DNA of 64,000 nt, taken from positions 186,001-250,000 of the forward strand of contig CAUYUJ010000226.1 in the NCBI GenBank assembly GCA_963575745.1, written 5' to 3'. The DNA comes from Prorocentrum cordatum (taxonomy: Eukaryota). The position numbers were made by a program, and so were the translations under genes. Shown here piece after piece: positions 20,321-33,145 of the stretch. Position 1 is the first letter of the stretch. Each line of letters opens with the position of its first letter. The notes beneath the pieces are model-generated. The model saw only the letters and a program-made list of their open reading frames with translations. It was not told the DNA's origin and searched no databases.

Positions 20321-21258
20321 CTCCTCTCACTCCTCCTCCTCCTCCTCCCTCCTCCTCCCTCCTCCTCCTCCTCCTCCTCCTCCTCCTCCCCCTCTCCTCC
20401 TCTTCCTCCTCCTCCTCGTCCTCCCTCTCCTCCTCCCCTCCTCCTCCTCCTCTCCCCCTCTCCCGCCTTCTCCTCCGCCATCTCCCCTCCTCCGCCGCCG
20501 CCGCCGCCGCCGCCTCCTCCTCCTCCTCCTCTCCTCCTTCTCCTCCTCCTCCTCTTGCTGTTCTGTTCCGTTCTCCCTCCCCACCTCCCGGCCATCCTTC
20601 CTTCTTCCTTCTCCCTTCGTCTGCAGTCCTGCGCTCGCCATTTCTCTGCCAGTGCGCCGTTCTGGCGCCGGGCCCGACCTGCCTACCTACATCGTGTCAT
20701 CCTCTGGAGCCCCACGAGTCGACTTTGGAGGCCCAATTTGCGCGCGCGCGCGTGCGCTCGTGGGGCCGTCTTGGGCCCTTCTTGGGCCCGTCTTGGGGCT
20801 AACTTGAGCCCTCCTGCATGTATTCTGAGGCCTCAAGCGCCCATCAGAAGCGACAAGGCGGGAAGGCAACAACACATTGACGTCCTATAGGTGTTTGAAG
20901 GGTTTTGAACCTCTTTGGGGCCTCCTTCGAGGCTTCGTGGCCACTTAGTGCCGCCGTGTAGCGGCCTTGGGGCTTCCTTGAGGCATCGTGGAGGCCATCC
21001 TAAACCATCTTTGATGTCTAAGCCATCTTGGAGGTCACCTTCAGGTTCATCGGGCCCTGATGGAGCCATCTTGGACGCTCTGACCCGTCGCGACCTCCCA
21101 CCCCTCCGTCCAGAGCCAGGGAAGGGGCAGGTGGAGAGTGAAGCTACTCGCAAGCCGCAAGGCGTCTCGCTCACTCCCACCCGCCCTCCCAACACGTGAG
21201 TTGCACCCGAGAGCCTCATTCAGCGGTCGCAATTGGATGGACAGCCACTGGAGACCAG

Positions 21259-21427
21259 TACACCTTGGGCGATGCTCAAGAAAACCTAAGTTTTCGGCCA
21301 GAGTCTCGATTATTCTTCATGTTTCAATGTAAATCCTAAGATTTGAATGGGCATTCTGGGCTTTTATTTAAGTTCTGAGACTATCAATTTCTTAACCCAT
21401 GATTTCTAAAGCATTTCGCAGGGTGTA
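21259..21427. mobile_element. CACC…GGTG MITE with 2-bp TSD (Tc1/mariner-like)
   Basis: Family-consensus imperfect TIR caccttaggcgatgcttaagaaa / tttcttaagcatttcgcagggtg; TA flanks (coordinates include the TSD). Confidence 0.85.
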
Positions 21428-21989
21428 CAGACGCCAGATGCGCGATGCGGGCGACGTGCGCCACGCGCACCGGGTGCGCCGGGCGTCCCAGGGGCGCAAA
21501 CGTGCCCTACATGCGCTAAGCGTGCCGCGTGCTCCACCCGCGCCAGGTGCGCCAGTACACGTGACACGCGCGTGGGGGACCATGTCGCTCCCCGCACCAA
21601 TCTTCCTCCCTCCGCCCCTCCCCCCTCTCGAGGGAGGGGGAAACCACCCCACGACCCCGACAGTTGGCGTCTGCGACGCGGCGGCCCTGGGCATTTGCCG
21701 CACGACCCTGCCTCGGTCGATCCTTTCCTTTCGCACGTTTTGTTGAAGGCTTCGCTTGCGGGGGTGCTTATCAGAAGGATGGTTATTCGGCCCCCCCTCC
21801 TCCGCCATCCGCTCCGCCTCGCGCTGCCCCCCCTCCCATGCCCCGCCGATCCCTCGGCGAAGGCCTCCCCCGCCCCCGCGGATCGCGTGCGCGCAGGGGC
21901 GGCGCCAGTGAGCCTCTCCCCGCAGGAGGCCCGCCGGGACGCCCTGCGCCCCGACGAACACCTCGACGCCGACGACGACAAAGGCGACG

Positions 21990-21992
21990 ACC

Positions 21993-22056
<64 letters not shown>

Positions 22057-22373
22057 GGACGGGGACGGGGACGGGGACGGGGACGACGACGACGACGGGA
22101 CAGGATAAACAAGAGGGACGAGAACAACGAGGACGAGGAGGAGAAGGAGGAGGAGGACGACAACGACGACGGGGACGAGGACGAGGACGAGGAGGACGAG
22201 GAGGTGGAGGATGATGATGATGCTGATGCTGATGCTGATGATGCTGATGCTGGTGCTGATGATGCTGATGATGATGACGATGACGATGACGATGCCGATG
22301 ATGATAATGATGATGATGATGATGATGACGACGACGACGACGATGATGATGATGATGATTATGATGGTGATGG

Positions 22374-22441
<68 letters not shown>

Positions 22442-22685
22442 GCGATGCTGATGCTGATGCTGATGCTGATGCTGATGCTGATGCTGATGCTGATGCTGAT
22501 GCTGATGCTGATGCTAATGATGCTAATGATGCTGATGCTGATGATGATGATGAGAAGGAGGAGGACGACGATGGGGACGACGACGGCGATGACGAGGACG
22601 ACGACAAGGGGGACGACGACGACGACGACGACGAAGATCAGGACGTCGAAGACGACGACGACGAGGGAGGAGGAGAAGGAGGAGA
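21990..22685. repeat. Compound (GAC/GAT/GATGCT)n microsatellite
   Basis: Seen directly. Confidence 0.95.
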
Positions 22686-24360
22686 AGAACGAGTGTCAAC
22701 CCAAGTCGCTTCAATGGTGTTGAAATACACCCTCCCTCCACGTTCCCTTCTCATAGGTTCCTGTTTCATTTCATTGTGGGAAGTGGCCGATTGGAAGACA
22801 AACGTTTGAGAACCTACGCCGTGCCAATACACAGTTCCCGGGTTCTCAACGCCGGGATCAACGTAATTGTTGCGTCCTGACACATCCTAGATCGTGCTAG
22901 AAAACGGTTCATGGGTTTCTCAACACCGCGAATCAACGTAGCCTTGCGTCCTGACGATCCAGCCGCGCAAGCTCGCTACGTCATCTCGCGTGCGACCCGT
23001 TTCTTGCTCGTCGCTCGCATGTTTCTGTGACGCTCTCGAGAAGAGTTTCGTGCGATTCCCGAGTGTTTCTGGAGCGAGATCCGCCTCCTCATTTTCCTCG
23101 AATCTTGCTGGTGTTCCTCCTCCGCTAGGGTTCTCATCCTCCACCCTGTCCTCCTCCAAGCCACCATCCCTCCCGGTACATACGAATCAAGTGTGGCACA
23201 GGTTGATATTGGGATTGAAACGCGTTTCCACCTCGCAAGCAGTCAGCGCTCGCGTGCGTCCCCGCTTCCGAGGACACTGCGGAGGGAGAGCTACGCGGGC
23301 CGCGCAGGGGTGGGAGCGGCAAAATTTCGGATGGTCGCGACGAAACGAAGCATGCGCCGCGCTCACACAGCAAGGCCACTTTCGCTCACAAATTGGTCGA
23401 CGCTCGGGCGAGGCCTGCATTTCGACGCTCTCGTGCGGCCCCGCTGCCGCTGTCGCTTCTGCACGCTTCGGCGAACGATCCATGCGCCCCGCCCGCGCGG
23501 GACACCACTTCCGGGCGAAGTGCGCCGGGAGCTCGGCAAGGGCGACAGGTCGCCCATCCGCGTGGGCCCCCAAAATCTTGCGAGTGGAAAGTATGCGCCG
23601 CGTCGAGGCGGAGCGCCAGTTGCAGACGAAGTCTGCACGGCGCCCTGGCGAGAGCTACATTTTTGCCCGCGTTCGCGTCGGTGTAGTGGCGTGCGAACAT
23701 CGTGCGCCGCGCCCCTGCGGGAGTTCAATTCTCTAGAACATGAACGCGGCGCCGAGGCGAGAGCAACAATTCGGCCTTTCGCGCGGGATGCGCGCCGTGT
23801 CCCATGCGCGCCATGCATTTCGCAACAGGGACGACAGGATATTGATCATAAGACGAAGTTCATGAATGTCGTAATGTTTCTGACATGTCGAATGAGACCA
23901 TTCAGATTGGGTTGCTATGGGCCAGTGAGATGACAGAGAGGGAGTATGTACCAACAGCGGATCAGACGGAACCCAAAAGCATACACCATCACCACATCTC
24001 CCACCCCACCCTTCCCTCTCCCAGGATAGGACAGAAGAGGGGGAGATGATCGTGGAGGAGAGGGTGGGGGATGGACGTGGTGGTGGTGGTGGTGGTGTGT
24101 ATTCTTGGGGCCCGCATGTAAGGGTAGGAGGGCGCTGCTGAGGAGGAGGAGTTGGAGCAGGAACTGGCAGTGGTGAGACGCACTGCCGCAGACGTCCCCA
24201 GAGGTTGCCCAGGATGTCTCCTTGGGCCAGGGGCACTTCTGGCAACACCCAGACTGCCTGCGTTTCCTTGGAAGCCCTCGGTGGACGAGCACACCTTGGC
24301 GCTGACACACGCGTTCTGAGGACCGCCGAGGGCCGCGGCCGCGGCCGCGGCCGCGGGCAG

Positions 24361-24413
24361 GAGCTCGAGAGGGCGTGGAACGTGGACTGCGTGCGCCAGT
24401 GGCTGTCCGACAG
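24361..24413 (+). CDS. Candidate exon of an unknown host gene (ELERAWNVDCVRQWLSD)
   Basis: gggcag|GAG acceptor, CAG|gc donor, strong GC3 codon bias. Confidence 0.4.
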
Positions 24414-24459
24414 GCCGCCAAGCCGCCGGCCGGCCGGGAGGGGAGTTCGTCGACATCTG

Positions 24460-24630
24460 TCGGAGGTGGATAGACCTCCTACCCTGACACGTCGATTGAG
24501 GAATTGGCCGTTTTCGGTTCGCGAGAGGGCGTCGCGGCCGTCATTTTTGCGGGTCCAGGTTAGTCGGTTTGGGTTTCAGATGGTTTTACTTAAGGGGAGG
24601 TTTACTAAAGGGAGGTTTGTCCACCGCCGA
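24460..24630. mobile_element. Family B MITE
   Basis: TIRs; TSD atctg/atctg. Confidence 0.88.
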
Positions 24631-25815
24631 ATCTGTAGGTAGGAAAGGGGAATGGTATAAAAGGGATGTGGTGCTAACTTCATGTAAAGGGGAATATGGC
24701 GATGTTCTTTGTCGCGGATAGCAGCGCCATCTCCACGCCCCTTTGTGCCACACCCCTTTCCGACCTCCAGATGCAAGAGACGGGGCTCCATGCAAGCAGG
24801 GGTCAGCCAGAGCGCCGGAGTTTGCAGGGTCCTGCAGAACCAGGGGTCAGGATGTATGTCGATCCGATCGGTCCGATTCGATGTCGGCTCCAGCGGGCTC
24901 GATACGATTTGATTCCGATAGTCCGATGATCCGATGCGGCACGGTATTCGCACGGCGTTGGTGTGCGTCCTGGCCCAGCCGATCCGATTTGGTGTCGACT
25001 CCGTGCCCCCGATCCGACGCACGTACCTTCCGATTCGATGTTGGCTGCTCCTCGGGGTGCACTGGCCTGGGCCAGCGCGCGGGATCCTTTGGGATCCTGC
25101 AGGATCTCGCAGGATCATGTCAGGAGCGAAAGAAGGACGTACATGGACATGAATCCACGTTGGTTTCGAGAGCACGCATTGCACAAATGTTCGTATAACG
25201 CGGCCGGTCTCGCGAATCGAGGGGCCGTGTTCATGTACATAGCTGGGCGCGTACGTCCTTTGTGGGCTCCCTATCATGCAACACCCGACTGAGCCGGGCT
25301 TGCACTGACCCGGGTCAGTCTGGGCCCCAGCCCTGGGAGGGTTGGTGCTAAGAGGCAGCGCCCCTGAGGTGCTTTTTTCGAGATTTTTGAGGTCTCGGAT
25401 GCTGCACTCCTCGGGGCGCGGCCTTTTTCCAGCCTCGGGATGCCGTGCGGCGGCCGCGCTTCGCCGAGCGCGTTCCTGGGGGTGCCCAGATTGCTCCCAG
25501 CGGCCGCTGGAGACCCGAGTCATGAACCCAGAGTCCAAGACGGCGAAGAGCATTCCAGGATCCTCCGGGGGATGCAGTCACGACTGCGCTCCCGCCCAGG
25601 AACGGACGGTCTCGCTGTCGGGGGTCCATCGCCGCTCTATATCGGCGACGTGTCGCAGCTTCGAGCTCGATGCTTCCCCCCCCCCGAACTCGTCCACCCG
25701 AAGGTCTGGAGCAGGGCCGACCCTGGGCCCGGGAGCAGGTGTTCCTGGAGCGTCGAGCTGCAAACCACCGAGGCGTTTCCGGGACGTTTTCGGCATCACC
25801 CGAACATGCTTACAG

Positions 25816-25984
25816 CCGGACCAAGGTATAAGATCGAGGTCGGTTCGGGGAGGGTGCCCTAGTGTTCTTCGTGTTTGTTGGATGCTCTTGTGCATCCTGG
25901 GGAGGGTACCCTTGGATGTTCTGTGTGGTTGGGCTGGCGGAGGGTCTCAAGTTCTTGAGGGATGTTCTTCTGTCCTAGGTCCGA
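25816..25984 (+). repeat. Family J dispersed repeat (~170 bp, ggacc…ggtccga ends)
   Basis: Diverged copies at ~34327-34505 and ~36683-36855. Confidence 0.6.
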
Positions 25985-26954
25985 CCGTACGTTGTGTGTG
26001 CGTCTGCCGCCAAGGGGCCGCGCGCGAATTTGTGTCAGTAGATGTTCCGTTGCGGGGCGACTGCTGGCCATGCGGCGTGGCAGTGTACATACAGGTAGAT
26101 GTTTGTGCTACATGGTCGATTCGGACGTGCGCCTTCCAAGGGCGGCATAGTACCATCACGCCCTTCGGCGTCCCATCCTCAGGGGCGCTGCATCGCCACG
26201 GCCAGATTATCTTCAAGGTTCTGGTCCGAACGCACCCCAGAACGACTCCAGGGAATTACTTTCGGACAGGGCTAGGACGAGGATGAATCTTGTCTAAACC
26301 GTTTCGGAACGCTTTCAGGGAGCCACGGCGCCCGAGACATCCTCTAGAGCCGCCGTATCTCAGATATCCTCGATTCATCATCGCCCGGTATTATCTTCGC
26401 CCTGGTTTCGTCTTAACCTTGGGACTAGATGGGCGTCTGATTGCGAGCGTGTGTAGAGCTTTGGGGACGCAGGTCCAGGCTTCACGGTGATATTTCAGAA
26501 ATATGAGGATTTCGGTTCTCGATGTTGGGGGCACGGTGCCTGACATGATTTCTTTTCGAAAGCCAGCGCACATGTAATGAGATTCGCTTTCGCGAGTGAT
26601 CATGACGGTTAATGAAGACACCAACGTGCTAATGTTGACAATACTCGAGACAGCGCAACTCCCGACTTTGCGCACCTGTCCTCTGCGTTGCTCAGGGCGC
26701 GTCTTGACGCGCGCGCCGTTATGCCATAGTCCGCCTGATTTCCGCCCGACCCACAAAGAAATATTCTGGATGCGTTGGGGGATGCGAGGCGGTTGAGAAA
26801 GCGGATGATGACGACGAGGGGTCAGGATGGAGGAAGAACGCGCGAGGATGTTGTGGGAGGCATTCGCATAATAGTATTATTAATGATAATAACAGTACTA
26901 ATAAGAATTATCCCAGTGCGACCATACCTAGGAGTTGGAGCATCTAGGAAAGCA

Positions 26955-27490
26955 ACATCTACATCTACACCGGCAGCTGCATTAACATCTACACCTGCAT
27001 CTACATCTACATCAACATCAACAGCGAGACTCACATCTTCATCTACATCTACACCTACATCTACACCTACACCTACATCTACACCTTCATCCACATATAC
27101 ACCTACACCTACATCTACATCTACACTTTCGCATCGTTTTTTTTTATATATATATATATTAAAAATGCGCCTTGCCTTGCATTTGCATTTGAACTTGCTT
27201 TTGCTATGCTATGTTATGATATGCAATGCTGCGCTGTGCGATGCTAAGCTATGCTATGCTATGCGATGCTAGGCTATGCGATGCTATGCAATGCTACGCT
27301 ATGCAATGCAATGCTATGTTGTGCTGCGCTATGCTATGCTGCAGCATGCTATACGTTGCTATGCTATGCTGTGCTTTTCTATGCTATGATATGCTAATGT
27401 TGCGTTAAGCTACGCTAAGCTGAGCTAGGCTAAGCTAGGCTAAGCTAAGCAAGGCTAAGCTAAGATGGCATAGGCTCAGCTAAGATGAGA
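26955..27490. repeat. Degenerate (ACATCT)n, (ATGCT)n and (GCTAA)n microsatellites
   Basis: Seen directly; a related degenerate pentamer tract lies at 56170-56965. Confidence 0.85.
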
Positions 27491-27829
27491 TAAGCAACGC
27501 GAAGTTAAGGGGACGTAGCTGGGGGAACCGCGGGGCGGATGCCGGGGTAACCGCCCGGGGCGCATTGAACTGTCCGGCCCTTTAAGCACACAGGGTAAGA
27601 ACCCTTCTAGGCAGAGCCTAGGGAGGGAATCATAATAATAATGTATGGCAGAAGCAGCGGCCGTCCATTTTTTGGCGTTGTGAATTAATCATCCGCGCGA
27701 TGGTTGTAATTATGCTGAACACGCACCCGGCGCTTCCAGCGGCGCGGAGACTTCCCGGGCCCAGCCGAGCGCGCGATGCGACGGGGTTCTTTCTGCGGGG
27801 GCGCGTTGCTGCAGGGCTTCGCTTCGGCT

Positions 27830-27998
27830 CACACCTTAGGCGATGCTTAAGAAAACTTTCGTTTTCGGCCAGAGTCTCGATTATTCTTAATGTTTCAATG
27901 TAAATCCTATGAGTTTGATAGAAGTTGTGGGTTTTTACTCAAATTCTGAGACTATGAATTTCTTAACCCATGATTTCTTAAGCATTTCGCAGGGTGCA
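27830..27998. mobile_element. CACC…GGTG MITE
   Basis: Same family, flanked by CA/CA. Confidence 0.85.
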
Positions 27999-28171
27999 TC
28001 ATGGGAATTCAGAACTGCCCCAGCGGCTGCTCCATCGCATTCCTCTGACGCGGCAGCCGACCGAGGGAGAGAGCGCGCCGGGCGCTTCTCAGAATCGCGC
28101 CCGCGCGTCGACGCGCGCGCCCGCCCCGGGGGCGTCGAGGGTCGCCAGCGCGAGGGCGCGAAGGGAGTGGG

Positions 28172-28334
28172 TCGGGAGGAAAAAAAACACACAGACACAA
28201 TTAATCGTCGATTTCCCAGAAAATATGGGAAAATATGGGAAGTGGTGGGGAAGACGAAAACCCAGGAAATATGGGAAACTATGGGGAATCTTTTTATTTG
28301 TGTGTATTTATTTGTGTGTCCCAGTTTCCCTTCA
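28172..28334 (+). mobile_element. Family A short element
   Basis: TSD gtggg/gtggg. Confidence 0.85.
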
Positions 28335-31300
28335 GTGGGGGATTTCTGCGTCTCAGCGGCCATTCGCGGTGCACCGCGCTGGCGGCGGCGCGCCTCGATG
28401 TGCCGGGCGCGCGCAATTTCGCCTGGCGCGTTTTGCTTTTTATCGCGGCTGCACCTCGCGCCCCCCCGCGGGAGCGCGGCGCCCGAGGCGCCCGCGGCGA
28501 GGGGGGCGCCGCGCCAGAGGGGGGCGCGCGTTGTCGCGCAGGAGACGCGGCGCCAGGCCGACGCCGCCCGCGATCGCGCGGCCGCGCCCGAGGATGTCGT
28601 CGCGCTTCGGAGGAGGCGCGCGCGGTCGCGTCGGAAGTTCGGCGGCGGGCGCCCGCCTCCCCTCTGGGAGGGGCGCCGCGCGCCGCCCGGAGGTAGCGCG
28701 CGGCCCAGAGTTTGCGCGCGGCCCGGGTCTTCGGCCGCGCGTCGCAGGGCCGCGCTTCCTTGAGCCCAGCGCGTCTCATTCGATCGCGCAGCAAGGGGGC
28801 CGCATGCGAACCCCACCCCTACCACCCACGATTTCTGGGGGGAAGGGCGGGGTCACTTCATTCGGGAGCTCCCGAGCGAAGTGAACCCCACCCCACCCCT
28901 CAGAAATCGTGGGGGGTAGGGGTCGGGTTCGCATGTGGCCCCCTAGCAGCAGCGCGCGGCGCGGCCGATCGCGCGGGCGGAGCCGACGGGCGAAAACTCG
29001 CGCTCGCTCGAAACGGCCAATTTGGTTGGCGGGCGGCCGAGCCATTGCGCCGCTCTGCTTGGCGTGGGCTTCTGGACTGCGCGCGGGGGCGCGGCAACCG
29101 GGGTGGCGCGCGCGGAGCGCCTCTGCTCTCCGCTCGGCGCGCGGGCAGATGGCCAATCGCACCGCCGCGCAACGGCCGCCCGGCCGCGCGGCGCTGGGGC
29201 GAGGCGGGGGATCGAACGCTGGGCGTCGCGCCAGGGGCGCAAAATTTGGCGGGCCTCGAAATTTCCGCAATGCGTCTTCGCAGGGAATTTTGGAAGCCCA
29301 AAGGCATGTCCGCGCGGTAAAATGTGTTACAGCATTCATTCCGTGAAAATGCATTACCGCGTCGCCGCGCCCAATTTTCTGCGCGAACACATTGCGACGG
29401 TGCCCTCGCGCCATGAGTTGAGCACTCGCAAGTCTTAATTTTTATATACATATATGTATATACATATACACATGTACATATATACGTTATATGTGTATAC
29501 AAGTCTATGTATAGAGATGGAAATGCTCCAGGGCGCGGAGGCAGCTGCGAAACTCGCGCGGGGAACTGGCGCGTGCAATTTTGCGCGCCCGATGCATGGC
29601 GCGCGTCGCGCGTCGGATTGTTTTTGGCGACCCGACTTGCGGCGGCAGGGGTCCGTCTCTGATCTCGGCCGCCCCGCGCGGGGCGCTCGCCGCCACTGCG
29701 GGGCTCGAGCGCCGCGGCGCTGCCCGCGCCCCCCCGGGACTCTCTCGCGACGTTCCCGGCCGTCGACAATGCGACCGTCGCCCACTGGGGGCCGCGAGAC
29801 GCGCCCCGCCCCCGTCGATGAATTCAGCGCAGCGCGCCCCCTGCGCCCCCCCATCGCCGCGCGGCCAGCGGCCATCGCGGAAATTGTGGAAGAGCCCCTG
29901 CCCTTCCGCCCGTTCCCGAATCCACGCCCAGGCGTCTCGAGGCCCCCTGGCGCCCGCAACGCCGCGCGCGTTGGCCTGGATCGCCGCGTCGCTTCGGCGC
30001 CCTGCCATGAGCGACGGCGAGTCGCTCGGCGCGTTTGGCCGCCGCTAACCGGCGCGCCCCCTCTCCTCGGAGTGGCCCGCGCCGCGCCCATTCTGCAGCC
30101 GATGTCTGCGCGGCTCGCGTGGCCAGCGATCTGCTTCTCAGCGTCTCGGCGGCCGCGTGGCCATATTGTCCAATGGCCCACGGTCCCCTCGCCCACTTGC
30201 GCAATTTTGTTATCGCCAAGTTGCCTGACCTGCAATTGTCCATCGCCGCCCGTCCGTCTGGTCAGCCTAACCATGGGCGCCGCGCGCCGGTCGACGACGC
30301 GCCCCGCAGTTGCCGGGGCGCGCTTGCGCGTCTGACCTGCCCCCCGCCCCCTCCGCTGGCAACGCGGCGCGTTGGCCCGGCCGCGCGGCGGCGTCTGAAC
30401 CCAATGGCGAAGTAGCTGACCGCCCAAGCTTCGCGCCCGTCGCGCGGCTCGCGTCAACGGCGGCCCAGCAGCACGCGGGCTTTCGCCTTGGGCCCCCCCT
30501 CACCCCGCGCATTCCACCCCCGCAGCCAACTTGCCCCCGCGGACAAGCATCGCGCGACATGCCGAGCGGCCCGCGGGGCGAGCGTCGCAGCGTTATAGCC
30601 GCCGGCCGAGAGGTCCAGCGGCAGCGCCTGCCAGGCGCCCCAGCAGCGCCCTTGGCGCACAGGCTCTGTTGCCCAAAGGTCAATGCCCAAGCGGCCCGGC
30701 GGCGCTGCGGCCCAGTTGCCCCATGGCCAGCCCGGCAGTGCATCGTGCATCGCGCTGTTCCTGGCCCACTGGCGCAGCGGCCCAACGGCCCCAACCGGGG
30801 CTCTCACACAGAAGAGCGCCCCCGCTGGCGCGGTGGCGCGATTGCCCGGTGACGCGGCGCCGGCCAGTTCAGCGGCAGACTGGCGCGCTGCGCCGCTTCT
30901 CCAACTTTCCTGGAGCGGCGAACGGTGGGCCTGGAGCTCCATGGCAGATGTTTGCAAGGGGCCCTACGCGTCTGGTGAGAAGCAGCCTCCCTCTGACAAG
31001 CCCCCCCCGCCGCCGGGCGCTGCTAGAAGTGCCCCCGGCCCGAGGTGCTGCAGGATTTCCGAGGGGGCCCCCGCGGCATCCAGCGCGCCTCTCACGAGGC
31101 CCAGTGGGCCCCAGGGGCCCCACGATGGAGCGAAAAGCTGGGGGCACCTAGGGCTACGGGTGCCCCTGGCACCCCAGGGGGCGCGCATTTCCAATTTGTC
31201 AGGCGCACCCTGACCGGACAAACCGTATAGGGGCGCATAGCCCCGGGGGGCGCAAGAAATGTATCTTGAACAGCCGAAGGTCCATTTCTTCGGCGAGGTT

Positions 31301-32177
31301 CCCCGACGAAAGGAACGCGTAGCCCACAGTTGGTCTATTCGCTCCCATCGTCGGGACCGTTCCGGCTTAGTCCGGCTCGATCGCGCTCGATCCCGCTTGA
31401 TCCGGTTGGGTACTGATTCGATCCGGCCTGATCCCGTGAAGTGGCCGTTCAACTTGGCTTGATCGCCGTTGATCGTTCCAGCGGAGACCTCCCAGGAGTT
31501 CCTCCTAACCCTAAGACGAAGCCAGGCCGAGGATAAATGCGGGTGAGGATCAGTCGAGAATCTAGGATATCAAGCGGTTCTGTCGGATTTTTCGGGCGCC
31601 GCGGCTTTCCCGTTTTGGAACGCTCTGGAACGAATTCCTCCTCGCCCCAGCCCCGTCCTAATTACCCATGCCTTCATGTTTCCAGACCTTCCGTGCTGAC
31701 CTTCCGCACTCTTGCGCACAGTGAAACGTTGGGTTCTCTTGAATTCTCTCAGGTTTCCAATCGTTCCAGTGCATCACCTTCCGCGCTTTCTGCGGACGTC
31801 GGAACGCATGGAAGATGGAGCTGAAAAGGAAACACCCGGCCCTTGCGCGCGCCGCCGTGGAGATCCTCGGATCCAGACCCTGATGATATTGAGTCAAGGG
31901 AGGAAACACCACCCGGATCGGACAACGGGCCTTTATCGAAAGGTCCGGGGCGTTTACCAAGCAGCCTTGCCGTCTTTGAATTCTTTTCTGGGTGCGTTTA
32001 CCAAACGGCTTCGCGTGTCGGGGTGGTTATCATCGGGGTGGATGTTGTGCCCTCTATTGAGGGCCAACAAATAGCCCGCCAGACCTATAGACCTAGCTGG
32101 ACTGCTTAAAACCATTTCGGCGGGGCTTTAGGCGTCGAGGCACTGCTGTTTTTTGTAAGCCCTCGAAGACGGTCTGT

Positions 32178-32742
32178 CAGAGCCCCGAATCATCAGGGGT
32201 AACTCGGGTCAGGGCTAACTCGGGTCTCTTTTTCGGGAGTCCAAACCCGAGTTACCCCGCACCCGAGTTACCCCGGATCACTCGGGCGTCCAGAGCCCCA
32301 CATCATCAGGGGTAACTCGGGTCAGGGCTAACTCGGGTTCCTTTTTCGGGAGTCCAAACCCGAGTTACCCCAGACCCGAGTTACCCCGGATCACTCGGGC
32401 GTCCAGAGCCCCACATCATCAGGGGTAACTCGGGTCAGGGCTAACTCGGGTTCCTTTTTCGGGAGTCCAACCCGAGTTACCCCAGACCCGAGTTACCCCG
32501 GATCACTCGGGCGTCCAGAGCCCCACATCATCAGGGGTAACTCGGGTCAGGGCTAACTCGGGTTCCTTTTTCGGGAGTCCAAGCCCGAGTTACCCCAGAC
32601 CCGAGTTACCCCGGATCACTCGGGCGTCCAGAGCCCCACATCATCAGGGGTAACTCGGGTCAGGGCTAACTCGGGTTCCTTTTTCGGGAGTCCAAGCCCG
32701 AGTTACCCCGGACCCGAGTTCCCCCGGATCACTCGGGCGCCC
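32178..32742. repeat. 113-bp tandem satellite, 5 units, each internally palindromic
   Basis: Units start at 32178, 32291, 32404, 32516 and 32629. Each has two ggg(g/c)taactcgggt motifs followed by two cccgagttacccc motifs. Confidence 0.95.
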
Positions 32743-32863
32743 AAGTCTGGGGAGCGGCCAGCTTCCGGCCCGAGCGGCCCGCCGGGCGCGGTGCGGCGCG
32801 CGACGGGCGCGCGCGCTCGGCGCGATGGGGTGCGCCTGCGGCGGCCCGCGGGCGCTGGCGGAG

Positions 32864-32896
32864 GGCCTGCTGCTGGAGGGCATGCGGCGGCACGAG
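32864..32896 (+). CDS. Candidate micro-exon (GLLLEGMRRHE)
   Basis: ag|G acceptor and GAG|gc donor; GC3-biased; 5' boundary uncertain. Confidence 0.3.
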
Positions 32897-32974
32897 GCGG
32901 GGCCGCCCGCGGCCCGCCGCGGTGCGGCGCGGGTCTCGGAGGGCTCGGCTCCAGTCGGGCACGTCCCTCCACAG

Positions 32975-33145
32975 TCGGGGGTGGACAGACCTCCTACCCT
33001 GACACGTCGATTAAGGAAGTGGCCGTTTTCGGTTCGCGAGAGGGCGTCGCGGCCGTCATTTTTGCGGGTCCAGGTCCGTCGGTTTCGGTCCCAGGCCGTT
33101 TTCACTAAGGGGAGGTCTACTAAAGGGAGGTTTGTCCACCGCCGA
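32975..33145. mobile_element. Family B MITE
   Basis: TIRs; TSD cacag/cacag. Confidence 0.88.

Noticed and set aside
15107..20330. Long antisense and alternative-frame ORFs over the polyprotein (e.g. 15981-17669 -)
   Set aside because: Expected in very GC-rich coding DNA; low complexity and no motifs.
21664..22809. Asp-rich and Met-rich ORFs
   Set aside because: Products of (GAC/GAT)n repeats.
22690..23230. Compositionally distinct segment as a retroelement or gene fragment (similar segments at 6530-6850 and 8240-8600)
   Set aside because: Only short broken ORFs with no motif I can recognise; a translated database search would be needed.
28340..31260. Many overlapping 150-340-aa ORFs in extremely GC-rich DNA
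   Set aside because: Open on both strands in several frames with Arg/Ala/Pro/Gly composition and no domain motifs; this reflects stop-codon scarcity.
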